Positions 7,486 through 17,290 of a DNA stretch of 64,000 nucleotides are shown piece after piece. Source of the DNA: Pseudomonadota bacterium (lineage in GTDB: Bacteria; Pseudomonadota; Alphaproteobacteria; RF32; CAG-239). Under the pieces are notes generated by a model, which saw only the letters and a list, made by a program, of their open reading frames with translations, was not told the origin of the DNA and did not search any database. The translations under genes and the position numbers were made by a program. The DNA lies in assembly GCA_918234285.1 (NCBI GenBank), contig CAKJXZ020000030.1, positions 1 through 64,000 of the forward strand. The letters are read 5' to 3'. The number at the start of each line of letters is the position of its first letter. Position 1 is the stretch's first letter.

Positions 7486-9414
7486 ATGAAAAAGTTGCTA
7501 TGCTTGATGATTTGCGCACTGAGCGTTATTTCTTGCGCGAAAAACCAACAAAAATATTATCAGGAACAACAGGCACAGTATATTCAGCAATATACCACCG
7601 TCGCCGGTCCTGAAGCCGCATACGCCGAAAACTGGAACAGTGCCATTCGTTTTGACGCCGATATGCAGAATATGTATGCGCAATCTCCGACCGTTATCGA
7701 AAAGCCGCTTGATATGTATATGACAATGGCGCTTGCCTTAAAATATAATTACACCGGCCGCATGATGCGCTATCAGGAAAGCTTGGCCAAAGCCGGCCAT
7801 GCCGCTTATTCCGCTCTGCCGGAAATTGTTTCCAATGCCGGATATATCAACACCAACTATACCGATACCAGCCCGGATTTGAAAGTTGCCTGGAATATTT
7901 TGGATATCTCCACTCTGTACTTTATGAACTCCGACCCGATGCTTCAACAAAGCGTTGCCGCCGAAGAAAGCCGCAAAGTTATTCAAAATATTTTGCAAGA
8001 GGCCCGCGTATTGTATTGGAAGGCCCTGACTGCACAACGCTTGTTGCCGGTTTTGGATGAAACCATCGAACATATTACGCTCGACGTTGACGAGATGAAT
8101 GCTCATGCCAAAGAATTGGCCGCCGAAGGTAAGAATCCGGAAACCGCGGAGTTGATTAAAAAACGTAAATATATGGAAGCCGTGCAAAAATTATCCACCC
8201 TCAAGCGCGATATGGAAACGGCTCACGAACGCTTAGCTTCGTTGATGGGCTTGCATCCGCAAACTCAGTTCTCGCTGGCCGGCAAAGAATACGGCAACTT
8301 CGCACTGCCGGAAATCAAGTCGAATCTGTCACAGCTCGAATGGTTGGCTCTGACCAATCGTCCGGAACTTAAGGTTCACGATTTGTTGACCTCGGCCGAT
8401 GATTTGGATTTGATTATTACCTCCTTCCGTGAAGATAACGGTAGCAACTATATGGATAACCAAACTCAATACAATCAACAATGGTGCAACGCGGCCAAAG
8501 AAATTTCCATGTCGGTTTATGAAGACAGCCGCACCAGCAAAACTCACACCTTGGAAGACTTGCGCCGTCAGCGTATGACCTCGCTTATCTTAAACCAGGT
8601 TTATATCGCTTGGGCACGCTACACCTCGGCTATGGAAGATTATTTGATTGCCATGGAAATTGCCGGCACTTCGGAAAATATTGCTGAAGATATCGTTTCG
8701 GCCAAAGGCACCCATGCCGCCAAGAGTTTAGCCGAAGCAGCCCGCGCTATTTCTGACGAAACCAAAGCCTCGCTGGCTTATGTTGATTTCCAAGATGCGC
8801 TCGGTTCGCTGTATGCCACCATCGGTTTGGACGCGGTTCCGTATTATATGCTCAACGAATCGCCGTCACGTATCGCCGTGGCATTGCGCGAGACGCTTGA
8901 AAAATGGAAAGACGGTGAATTTGTACCGGACAGCCGTCCGTATTTGTTGGATATCCCTACTCATCGTCCGCCGGTTAACCTTTCCAACGAAGCGGCTTTG
9001 CCGGATGTAACTTACGGTACCGGCGAAAAAATTAAGATTGACATTCCGGATTCGGCCTTTGCCAAGATGGGTTGGAACAGTGAAGAAATTCAAACCAAAG
9101 CCGGTTCGCTTGACGATACTTCTCTGCCGAAATGGCTGAAATATAATGATGCCTCCCGCGTATTTGAAGGTATGGCGATGCCGGGCGATGACGGTGTTTA
9201 TCCGATTAAGATTTATGCCATGGATAAAGAAAGCAACATCGCTTACTTAACCTTTACCTTGACCATTATCGACAACTATGTTCCGTCGATTAATGTTCGC
9301 GGCCTCAACCGTCAACGCAAGGCAACGGTTATGAAGAAATGCAGAGGATCACAATGCACCGACGAAACACTCGACGATGTTCAGGTGATTATGCCGAATA
9401 TTCCGCAGCATTAA
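7486..9414 (+). CDS. TolC-family outer-membrane lipoprotein with a C-terminal Ig/cadherin-like domain
   Basis: Lipobox VISC; OEP-like segments (ALALKYN, AWNILD, ALTNRPEL, LGSLYATIG); C-terminal LPKWLKYN..FEGMAMPGDDGVYPIKIYAMD resembles He_PIG/CADG. Confidence 0.7.
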   Translation: MKKLLCLMICALSVISCAKNQQKYYQEQQAQYIQQYTTVAGPEAAYAENWNSAIRFDADMQNMYAQSPTVIEKPLDMYMTMALALKYNYTGRMMRYQESLAKAGHAAYSALPEIVSNAGYINTNYTDTSPDLKVAWNILDISTLYFMNSDPMLQQSVAAEESRKVIQNILQEARVLYWKALTAQRLLPVLDETIEHITLDVDEMNAHAKELAAEGKNPETAELIKKRKYMEAVQKLSTLKRDMETAHERLASLMGLHPQTQFSLAGKEYGNFALPEIKSNLSQLEWLALTNRPELKVHDLLTSADDLDLIITSFREDNGSNYMDNQTQYNQQWCNAAKEISMSVYEDSRTSKTHTLEDLRRQRMTSLILNQVYIAWARYTSAMEDYLIAMEIAGTSENIAEDIVSAKGTHAAKSLAEAARAISDETKASLAYVDFQDALGSLYATIGLDAVPYYMLNESPSRIAVALRETLEKWKDGEFVPDSRPYLLDIPTHRPPVNLSNEAALPDVTYGTGEKIKIDIPDSAFAKMGWNSEEIQTKAGSLDDTSLPKWLKYNDASRVFEGMAMPGDDGVYPIKIYAMDKESNIAYLTFTLTIIDNYVPSINVRGLNRQRKATVMKKCRGSQCTDETLDDVQVIMPNIPQH

Positions 9415-9435
9415 TTACAGCCATATATAATATTT

Positions 9436-9466
9436 AAAAGAGTCGGTTTTTGCCGGCTCTTTTTTT
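9436..9466 (+). terminator. Intrinsic terminator
   Basis: AAAAGAGTCGG-ttttg-CCGGCTCTTTTTTT. Confidence 0.75.
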
Positions 9467-9659
9467 GTTATTTCTTTTTTATTATACAGAATCGCATTGT
9501 TTAAGAAAAATCACATTTACCGCTTATGTTTCTTAGAAGATACCGGGCCGCGTTAATCTTTATTAAGATTTTTTACAATTAAAATCAAAAAGATATTGAT
9601 AATATATTGTTATTATGTCTAAGAAATCGGTTTTTGCCCTTTTACGGCCGTTAATAACT

Positions 9660-9677
9660 TTATCCACTTGTGCATAA
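9660..9677. promoter_or_regulatory. Two adjacent DnaA-box-like 9-mers upstream of nrdD
   Basis: TTATCCACT (+) and TTATGCACA (-), each one mismatch from TTATCCACA. Confidence 0.45.
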
Positions 9678-9841
9678 AATAATATATTTTTTTTTATTAC
9701 GCAAATATAGGTATTTAACATCGATTTTCACGCTTTGAGCGAAAATTTATAAAAAAAAATTCTTGTTACATAATTTTATTTTTTGCAAAATCATTTTCAT
9801 GATGATTGTAGCAATATTGCTCTAAAAAAAATCCAATTATA

Positions 9842-9887
9842 ACACAATATATTGTTATTTAACTTTTAATTAAACTATATATAGTAG
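9842..9887 (+). promoter_or_regulatory. Tandem NrdR boxes
   Basis: acaCAATATATTGtta (9842-9857) and aaaCTATATATAGtag (9872-9887) match acaCwAtATaTwGtgt, directly upstream of nrdD. Confidence 0.8.
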
Positions 9888-9929
9888 TCTGCGAAAAGTT
9901 AAATAATTGACTTAGGGAGAATAAAAAAA

Positions 9930-12029
9930 ATGGCCGAAGTGTACGAAATGAACACGAATAATATACACACTAACATTAAACACGTTACCAAACGTGACGG
10001 AACGCTGGCGGATTTTGACGGCAGCAAAATTTATAACGCTATTTTGAAAGCAGGCACCACCACCGGTGAGTTCGGCGAAGCTGATGCTTGGCTTTTGACT
10101 GCACAGGTAATGAAAGTTGCCAACTATAAATTTGCCGAAACGGTACCGACCATCGAACAGATTCAAGATATCGTGGAGCAGGCGCTGATTTCTTCCAACT
10201 ACACCGCCACCGCTAAAGCTTATATTTTATATCGTGACCAACGCACTCGTGCCCGTACCGATCACAAAGTTATGGTTGATGTTGAAAGTTCGATTAACGA
10301 ATATTTGGAAAGACTCGATTGGCGCGTAAATGCCAATGCCAACCAAGGCTATTCCAACGGCGGCTTAATTTTGAACGTTTCCGGTAAAGTTACGGCCAAC
10401 TATTGGCTGAGCCACGTTTATCCGGCCGAAGTCGGTGAAGCACACCGCAACGGCGATATTCATATTCACGATTTGGATATGTTGGCTGCTTATTGCGCCG
10501 GTTGGTCTTTGAAAAATTTATTAAAAGAAGGCTTCAACGGTGTTCGTGGCAAAGCTGAAGCTAACCCGCCGAAGCACTTATCGGCCGCGACCGGTCAGAT
10601 GGTTAACTTTATGGGCACTCTGCAAAACGAATGGGCCGGTGCACAGGCATTTTCTTCGGTTGATACTTATTTGGCTCCGTACATCAGAAAAGACAATCTG
10701 TCTTATGCCGAAGTTAAACAATGCATGCAGGAATTGGTTTATAACCTGAACGTACCGTCTCGTTGGGGCTCGCAAACACCGTTTACCAACTTTACGTTTG
10801 ACTGGGTATGTCCGGAAGATCTGCGTGACCAACACCCGTATATCGGCGGTCACATTGCCGGCCACGATGAAAACTTTATGCCGATTATCGAAGGTCAGGA
10901 AGAAATGCCGTTCACTTACGGTGATTTGCAAAAAGAAATGGATATGATTAACCGCGCCTATATTGAAGTAATGATGGAAGGCGACGTGATGGATCGTCCG
11001 TTCACCTTCCCGATTCCGACTTATAACATGACTCCGGATTTTCCGTGGGATGACGAAAAATCGCAGCTTTTGTTTGAAATGACGGCCAAATACGGTATGC
11101 CTTATTTCCAAAACTTCATCAATTCCGTATTGAAACCGGGGCAGATTCGCTCGATGTGCTGCCGTTTACAACTCGATTTGCGTGAACTTTTGGCGCGCGG
11201 CAACGGCTTGTTCGGTTCGGCCGAACAAACGGGTTCCATCGGTGTGGTAACCTTTAACTGCGCACGTTTGGGCTATGTATACAAAGGCAACGAAGCCGGC
11301 TTATTCGGTCGCGTTGACGAGCTTTTGAATATTGCCCGTACCTCGCTCGAAATCAAACGTAAAACCATTCAACGCCTGATTGATAACGGCTTATATCCGT
11401 ATACCAAGCGCTATTTGGGCACACTGCGCAATCACTTCTCGACCATCGGTGTTAACGGCATCAACGAGATGATTCGCAACTTCACCAATGACGAGCATCA
11501 TATTGCCGACGAATGGGGTAAAGCCTTTGCCGAAAAATTCCTGGATTATATTCGTGCCAAACTGATTAAGATTCAAGAAGAAACCGGACATATGTATAAC
11601 CTCGAAGCCACTCCGGCCGAAAGTGCCACCTATCGTTTTGCGCGTGAAGATAAAAAACGTTTCCCTGGCATCATTCAAGCCGGCACCGAAGAAAATCCGT
11701 ATTACACCAATTCTTCGCAATTACCGGTGGGCTATACCGATGACCCGTTCGAAGCACTCGATTTGCAAGCAACCTTGCAATCCAAATACACCGGCGGCAC
11801 CGTATTGCACCTCTATATGAGCCAAAGAATTTCTTCGGCAAAGGTTTGCGGCGAACTGATTAAAAAGGTTCTGACCAATTACCGCTTGCCATATATTACT
11901 ATAACTCCGACTTTCTCGATTTGTCCGAAACACGGCTATCTGGCCGGCGAGCACAAATTCTGCCCGAAATGCGACGAAGAAAAGAAAGCCGCCAAGATGA
12001 AAGCTTTTAAGGCAAGTAACGTTGCTTAA
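9930..12029 (+). CDS. nrdD: Class III anaerobic ribonucleoside-triphosphate reductase, large part (ATP-cone + catalytic barrel)
   Basis: VTKRDG ATP-cone, HIHDLD, RSMCCRL, EATPAES, YYTNS, YTGGT, TPTFSICPKHG..CPKC; lacks the glycyl-radical tail. Confidence 0.97.
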   Translation: MAEVYEMNTNNIHTNIKHVTKRDGTLADFDGSKIYNAILKAGTTTGEFGEADAWLLTAQVMKVANYKFAETVPTIEQIQDIVEQALISSNYTATAKAYILYRDQRTRARTDHKVMVDVESSINEYLERLDWRVNANANQGYSNGGLILNVSGKVTANYWLSHVYPAEVGEAHRNGDIHIHDLDMLAAYCAGWSLKNLLKEGFNGVRGKAEANPPKHLSAATGQMVNFMGTLQNEWAGAQAFSSVDTYLAPYIRKDNLSYAEVKQCMQELVYNLNVPSRWGSQTPFTNFTFDWVCPEDLRDQHPYIGGHIAGHDENFMPIIEGQEEMPFTYGDLQKEMDMINRAYIEVMMEGDVMDRPFTFPIPTYNMTPDFPWDDEKSQLLFEMTAKYGMPYFQNFINSVLKPGQIRSMCCRLQLDLRELLARGNGLFGSAEQTGSIGVVTFNCARLGYVYKGNEAGLFGRVDELLNIARTSLEIKRKTIQRLIDNGLYPYTKRYLGTLRNHFSTIGVNGINEMIRNFTNDEHHIADEWGKAFAEKFLDYIRAKLIKIQEETGHMYNLEATPAESATYRFAREDKKRFPGIIQAGTEENPYYTNSSQLPVGYTDDPFEALDLQATLQSKYTGGTVLHLYMSQRISSAKVCGELIKKVLTNYRLPYITITPTFSICPKHGYLAGEHKFCPKCDEEKKAAKMKAFKASNVA

Positions 12030-12085
12030 AAAAGCGAGAAAAACAGAATAATAAACACTTTAACCAAACACTTAGGAGAATATAA

Positions 12086-12304
12086 ATGACAAACACCATT
12101 AATTTTGAAGACATTGCTTTAACCGACGCCGAGAGACAACCTTGTGAAATTTGGACTCGTGTGATGGGTTATCACCGTCCGGTTTCCGAATTCAACAAAG
12201 GTAAAAAATCCGAATACTATTCTCGTAAGTGTTTTGTGGAAGAAAAAGCTGTTATGCATTTGAGTCTGGAAGGCTCTTGCGGTTGCCAAATGGCAGCCGA
12301 ATAA
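12086..12304 (+). CDS. nrdD: Separate NrdD C-terminal glycyl-radical domain
   Basis: CEIWTRVMGYHRPVSEFNKGKKSE; own SD (AGGAG). Confidence 0.92.
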   Translation: MTNTINFEDIALTDAERQPCEIWTRVMGYHRPVSEFNKGKKSEYYSRKCFVEEKAVMHLSLEGSCGCQMAAE

Positions 12305-12368
12305 TTTTTATTTCGGTTTAAGACAAAGGGAGGATTGTTATGATTCTCCCTTTTTTGAAAGGCAAAAG

Positions 12369-12785
12369 ATGATAGATGACAACAGATATAAACATATTCG
12401 CGGCGTTGCCGAACTGATGGCAAAAATCGCCCCTCAGGGCCGAGAAAAAGAGATGTTTTTGCTGGGTCTGTTGCATGACATCGGTTATTTGTATCAGCCG
12501 CAAGATCATAATTTTTTCGGCGGTGATTTATTAAAAGAACAGGGATACAACTATTGGCAAGAGATTTATTGGCACGGCGTTCCCGATTGCGAATACTCCT
12601 CTTATGAACTTGATTTATTGAACTCCGCGGATATGCAAATCAATGCCAAAGGCGAACAGGTTTCTTATGCCGAAAGGCTGGAAGACATCGGTTCAAGATA
12701 CGGCTACGATTCGCCACAATATCTGTTAGCGAGAAAAATGGCCGAACATTTGGAAGCTAAAGGCTTCGCTTCTATCAAAAAGTGA
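12369..12785 (+). CDS. HD-domain phosphohydrolase
   Basis: RYKHIRGVA..GLLHDIG..WHG..LNSAD. Confidence 0.85.
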   Translation: MIDDNRYKHIRGVAELMAKIAPQGREKEMFLLGLLHDIGYLYQPQDHNFFGGDLLKEQGYNYWQEIYWHGVPDCEYSSYELDLLNSADMQINAKGEQVSYAERLEDIGSRYGYDSPQYLLARKMAEHLEAKGFASIKK

Positions 12786-12791
12786 GGAAAC

Positions 12792-13499
12792 ATGGAAAAA
12801 GATTTAATCAGAATCGGTGATATCGAAAAATTCAGTTTGGTGGACTTTCCTTCCAAAATAGCCGTGGTGGTGTTTATGCAGGGTTGCCCGTGGCGTTGCC
12901 CGTTTTGCTACAATCAGTCGTTGCAAGACCCGAATGGCGAAACCGATGCCAAGTGGGAACACCTGACCCATCTGTTGGAACATCGCAAAGGAATGGTGGA
13001 TGCCGTTGTATTCTCCGGCGGCGAACCGTTGTTGCAAAGCAATCTGCCGCAAGCCATGGACGAAGTAAAAGCCATGGGATTTGAAATCGGTTTGCACACC
13101 GGCGGCTACAATCCGGAAGCATTTGCCAAAGTCGTTGATAAAGTAATCTGGGTGGGTTTTGATATTAAGGCGCCGCTCAATACCGAACATTACAAGCGTG
13201 CCACCGGCGGCGCGGGCGACGTGGAAAAAATCAAACAAAGTCTCGATATGCTGATAAAAAGCGGCAAACATTTTGAGTGCCGCACCACTTGCGACCCGCG
13301 GCTGTTGGATATTGCAGATATTTATACGATTGCCGATGAGCTGTCCGCGCTCGGCGTAAAAGAGTACTATATCCAGAAATATCGTCCGATTCCGAGCGAT
13401 ACGACCACGCAAGAGAGCGATTGCGACAAGTTCTTTAAGGACGAAGCGCTGCTCTCGTATTTGCGTTCTAAATTTGCAGTTTTTGCGGCGCGAAAGTGA
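12792..13499 (+). CDS. nrdG: Anaerobic RNR activating radical SAM enzyme
   Basis: GCPWRCPFCYN, FSGGEP; nrdD context. Confidence 0.93.
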   Translation: MEKDLIRIGDIEKFSLVDFPSKIAVVVFMQGCPWRCPFCYNQSLQDPNGETDAKWEHLTHLLEHRKGMVDAVVFSGGEPLLQSNLPQAMDEVKAMGFEIGLHTGGYNPEAFAKVVDKVIWVGFDIKAPLNTEHYKRATGGAGDVEKIKQSLDMLIKSGKHFECRTTCDPRLLDIADIYTIADELSALGVKEYYIQKYRPIPSDTTTQESDCDKFFKDEALLSYLRSKFAVFAARK

Positions 13500-13573
13500 T
13501 ATTTCGCCAATATGGCTTTTTTTGCTTGCCTTTTGCCTGAGAAAGCGCTATTATAGAGGTATATAAGGATGGT

Positions 13574-14761
13574 ATGATGGCAGAGAAGGACGCAAAAACA
13601 ACAGAAAGTAAACCGGCAAATGTCGGCAAAGTTGAAGTGCCGACAAAGGCTGAAGTGACCAAAGTTAATTTGGCGCAAACAATGAAGGTTGACGGACTTA
13701 AAGCACACACCGATGCTCCCGCAAAAACAGACAGTCTGTATCAAACCACCAAAGCTTCGGCTACCGTCGACAAAGGTAAAAACTCACAATATACCGTAGA
13801 AGCCTCGAAAACCGTTAATCAAATAAACCCTTCCGAAACTGTTGTTGTTGAAAATACGCACGAGAAAGAGGTTAATAAAAAATCGACACTGTCTCAACAT
13901 CAAAAAACCGTTACGAGCCTGTCGAATATGGGTTACACCGAAGAAAACACCACTAACAGTACCTATCAGGGCAAAAGGGTTATTACACGTGTAAATGAAG
14001 AGACTTCTACCCATTCGTATGCTTTGGGGAAAGCTCATGGTTACAGTGACGGCCATAACAGCAGCAAAAGAGTTGAAACAGCACATTTTGACAGCAAAGA
14101 TCGTGTTCGCCAAACCGATTACCACTATGCCCATACCGACAACAATTATGCCAGTCTTAATGATCAGAAAACCATTCTGAATGCGGATGGTACGCTCAAA
14201 TACCATGCAAGCGTTGAAGCTCAGCACGGACGCAGTTCCGTCGTAAATGACGGAGCTTCCCTGAAAGTTTTGGACGGTAAAAAGAGCTTTTCGGTTGATA
14301 CCAATGACGATCGCACGCATTACGAAATCAAAAAGAAAAAAGGTAAAGATACGGAAGAAGTAACGCAACTTTATGCTTATAAAAACGGTAAAGTCAGCGG
14401 ATGGCAATATACAGAGAAAAATGGAGAATATACCGGAGAGCACACGGAATTTTCAGATAAACAAACACATAAAAAAATAGAAAAAGAACAACGTCGAGCG
14501 GCAAAGATTATTAACAAAGTTGCCGAAACCGAGAAAATCCAATCATTGGATGAATATTACAGTCTGTTGCCGAATGTTACAGACGCACGCAGAGCATTGC
14601 CGGCCAGAGAATTCTTTAAAGGAAATTATCAGCAGGAAGCCGGTTACCAACAGGCAAAGGCCGAAATGACAGAACAAAACAAGCAAAAAGTTGCTCAAAA
14701 GAAGTCTGTTACTGCGCAAGATATCGTGGCCGCCAAAATGCAACAATATAAACCGCGCTGA
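13574..14761 (+). CDS. Hypothetical hydrophilic protein
   Basis: 395-aa ORF with SD AAGGATGG; K/T/E-rich; no family recognised. Confidence 0.75.
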   Translation: MMAEKDAKTTESKPANVGKVEVPTKAEVTKVNLAQTMKVDGLKAHTDAPAKTDSLYQTTKASATVDKGKNSQYTVEASKTVNQINPSETVVVENTHEKEVNKKSTLSQHQKTVTSLSNMGYTEENTTNSTYQGKRVITRVNEETSTHSYALGKAHGYSDGHNSSKRVETAHFDSKDRVRQTDYHYAHTDNNYASLNDQKTILNADGTLKYHASVEAQHGRSSVVNDGASLKVLDGKKSFSVDTNDDRTHYEIKKKKGKDTEEVTQLYAYKNGKVSGWQYTEKNGEYTGEHTEFSDKQTHKKIEKEQRRAAKIINKVAETEKIQSLDEYYSLLPNVTDARRALPAREFFKGNYQQEAGYQQAKAEMTEQNKQKVAQKKSVTAQDIVAAKMQQYKPR

Positions 14762-14868
14762 TACCCTATCGAGCGGCAGACTTTTACTCTCCCGGCATAA
14801 ATTTATTTCTCTTTTTAGTTGACTTATTTAAAAATACTCGTTAAAAGATTGCAAAAAAAGGCAATCAA

Positions 14869-15033
14869 ATGTTCATGACGCAATATCTGCAAAACCTGAC
14901 CGAATTCGCCCGCACCGGCATAAAATTCCGGCTCGGTCAACATTCGTTTATTGTGATTAAAGGCTCGCGACTGTATTACGTTTACAAACGCTATGCGGAA
15001 TCGGTAGTTTGTATTGAAAACATCGAATGTTAA
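14869..15033 (+). CDS. Small hypothetical protein (54 aa, not in ORF track)
   Basis: MFMTQYLQNLTEFARTGIKFRLGQHSFIVIKGSRLYYVYKRYAESVVCIENIEC; AAAGG SD; fills the gap convergent to lnt. Confidence 0.55.
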   Translation: MFMTQYLQNLTEFARTGIKFRLGQHSFIVIKGSRLYYVYKRYAESVVCIENIEC

Positions 15034-15038
15034 GGCCG

Positions 15039-16760
15039 TTACGCTTTATTAGAATCCGGCAAACCCGAGAATATCAGTGCCAGCAAAATAACTAAAACAC
15101 TCATAACCAACGGGATGCGATTACCATATTGACCAAACAGAGTTAAATGTGATTCCTCCGGCTTAACCAAGGCATCAACCATACCGCGCTCCCCGAGCGG
15201 AATCTGCGCGACAATTCGGCCGTACGGATTAATTACCGCGCTTATGCCGCTGTTGGCACTGCGCACCACCGAAATCCCCTCCTCGACCGCACGCATTTGC
15301 GCCGCCGCCAGGTGTTGATACGGTCCGGAACTGATGCCGTACCAACCGTCGTTGGTCAGCACCACCGCCCATTTAGGCCGGTCGGCACCTTTTTTTACCA
15401 CCTCGTCGGAAAAAATAACTTCATAACAAATCAACGGCGCAAATTCCGGATAATCACCGACTTTAATGGTTTTGAACTTTTCACCGCGTCCGAATTCCGC
15501 CACCGTGTTAGCTATCGGCCGCACCCATTCCGGCAGATATTTTCTGAGCGGGATATATTCACCGAACGGCACCAAATGATTTTTATCATACCACCCGACC
15601 AACGTGCCCTTTTTATTAATAACCCCGAAAGAATTGTACGGCGTATAATAATACCCGTCATCAACCCGACGCAGAAAACCGGTTATCAAATGCCCGTATG
15701 TCGGCACCGCCGCCGTCAGTTTGCGGTTATGATTTTCGTCATAAAGCAAATCGTACGGATATGCCGTTTCGCCCCAAACCGTAAAATCAACATAGCCGAT
15801 ATCTTTTTCTCTGCTCAAATCAATGTAAGTCTGCAGATTTTTCTCGAGCGCCGTGCGATCCCACTTTAAGGTCTGAGGAATACTCGGTTGCACCAAACGC
15901 ACCATAATCGAGTGCCCGTCCGGTACTTCGGGCTTGGTATCCAAAACATATTCTCCGAATTGCCATACACCCAACCCCGCCAACAAGGACAGGCAGGCCG
16001 CTGCCGCTCGGTATTTATTCGGTCGCACCAGCCAAACCGCCGGCCATGCCGCTACCAGCACCGTCAACAAAGAAGTTCCGTAAGTTCCGAACACCGCCAA
16101 AATCTGCAACATCGCCGTATTAAAGGTCAACACCGAGCTTATCGGATTCCACGGAAATCCGGTCAGCAAAAAGCTGCGCAACCACTCGACAGATAAACAC
16201 CACACGGCGGCAAACAGTAATATTTTAGAAAATATATTGCGTCCGTATTTGGTCACCACTGCGGGCAGAATAGTAAATAAACCGAAAAACGCACCGTTTA
16301 AGAGTAATACCAACGGATACAACCAACCGGTTTGCGCCACATCAATCAACAATGCGTTGCCAATCCAATAAAATCCTGTAGCAAAATAACCGAAACCGAA
16401 CCAATAACCCAACCCGACAAGTTTGCGAGTGCGATTGGTACCGAATGCCAAAAACATCAGACCGGAAAAAGCCAGAAACAGTGCCCAAATCTGATGATAC
16501 GGCGGCAAAGCCAAAGTTAAAATCGCGCCCAAAACAAACGCGGCGGTTTTCGGATATTTGATAACGATTTTAACTGCCTTTTCTCCCCGCGATAAATCGT
16601 CTTTGCTTGCTGCCACCTGCAAATTATTAGCAGCCGGCAACTCCTTCTCCGGCGTGGTTTTCGACGCCGCTTTCTTACGCGCCGTCGTCGTCTTAGCCTT
16701 GGTCGTTTTTTTCTTGACCGGCATTTTTCGTTCTGTTGTTTTGCGCTTTTTCTCTGCCAT
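15039..16760 (-). CDS. lnt: Apolipoprotein N-acyltransferase
   Basis: TGFPWN, VWGETA, YDKNHLVPFGEY, ICYEVIF, TNDGWY, RAVEEG. Confidence 0.96.
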   Translation of the reverse strand: MAEKKRKTTERKMPVKKKTTKAKTTTARKKAASKTTPEKELPAANNLQVAASKDDLSRGEKAVKIVIKYPKTAAFVLGAILTLALPPYHQIWALFLAFSGLMFLAFGTNRTRKLVGLGYWFGFGYFATGFYWIGNALLIDVAQTGWLYPLVLLLNGAFFGLFTILPAVVTKYGRNIFSKILLFAAVWCLSVEWLRSFLLTGFPWNPISSVLTFNTAMLQILAVFGTYGTSLLTVLVAAWPAVWLVRPNKYRAAAACLSLLAGLGVWQFGEYVLDTKPEVPDGHSIMVRLVQPSIPQTLKWDRTALEKNLQTYIDLSREKDIGYVDFTVWGETAYPYDLLYDENHNRKLTAAVPTYGHLITGFLRRVDDGYYYTPYNSFGVINKKGTLVGWYDKNHLVPFGEYIPLRKYLPEWVRPIANTVAEFGRGEKFKTIKVGDYPEFAPLICYEVIFSDEVVKKGADRPKWAVVLTNDGWYGISSGPYQHLAAAQMRAVEEGISVVRSANSGISAVINPYGRIVAQIPLGERGMVDALVKPEESHLTLFGQYGNRIPLVMSVLVILLALIFSGLPDSNKA

Positions 16761-17290
16761 TATTCCCCCTCGTACGGATTAGCAATATCCAGCATTTGCA
16801 AAATTTCCTTTTCCAGATTTTCCATATACGCCGCTTCGTCCGGCGTCTGATGATCATAACCGGACAGATGTAAAAAACCGTGAGTCAGCAAATGGCAAAA
16901 ATGCGCATACAGCGTAACTTCCTGCTCAGCGGCCTCACGCGCCATGGTTTCATATGCCAAAATAATGTCACCGAGTTCAATTTCATCGTACGGTTCGTTG
17001 TCAACATCAAAATCGGCAAAATCCAAATTGGCGAAAGAAAGCACATTGGTCGGCTTATCAATGCCGCGAAATTCTTTGTTCAATCGATGCACCGTTTTGT
17101 CATCACTCAGACATACGTTAATTTTCAGCGGCTTGGAACCGTTCAAAAAATCCGGATTTTCATGCTCTTGCAAATAGCCGAAAGCGGCGGATTTTACTTT
17201 TTCCGCCACCTGTTCGACATTTGCAACCGCCGTTGACCAACGCTCGTCTTCAACGACCGTTTCCAAAACAATCTCAGATGATGTTTTCAT
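16760..17290 (-). CDS. ybeY: rRNA maturation endoribonuclease YbeY
   Basis: LNKEFRGIDKPTNVLSF, HGFLHLSGYDH. Confidence 0.96.
   Translation of the reverse strand: MKTSSEIVLETVVEDERWSTAVANVEQVAEKVKSAAFGYLQEHENPDFLNGSKPLKINVCLSDDKTVHRLNKEFRGIDKPTNVLSFANLDFADFDVDNEPYDEIELGDIILAYETMAREAAEQEVTLYAHFCHLLTHGFLHLSGYDHQTPDEAAYMENLEKEILQMLDIANPYEGE

Noticed and set aside
9415-9929. Replication origin
   Set aside because: AT-rich with only two or three imperfect DnaA boxes; better explained as the nrdD regulatory region.
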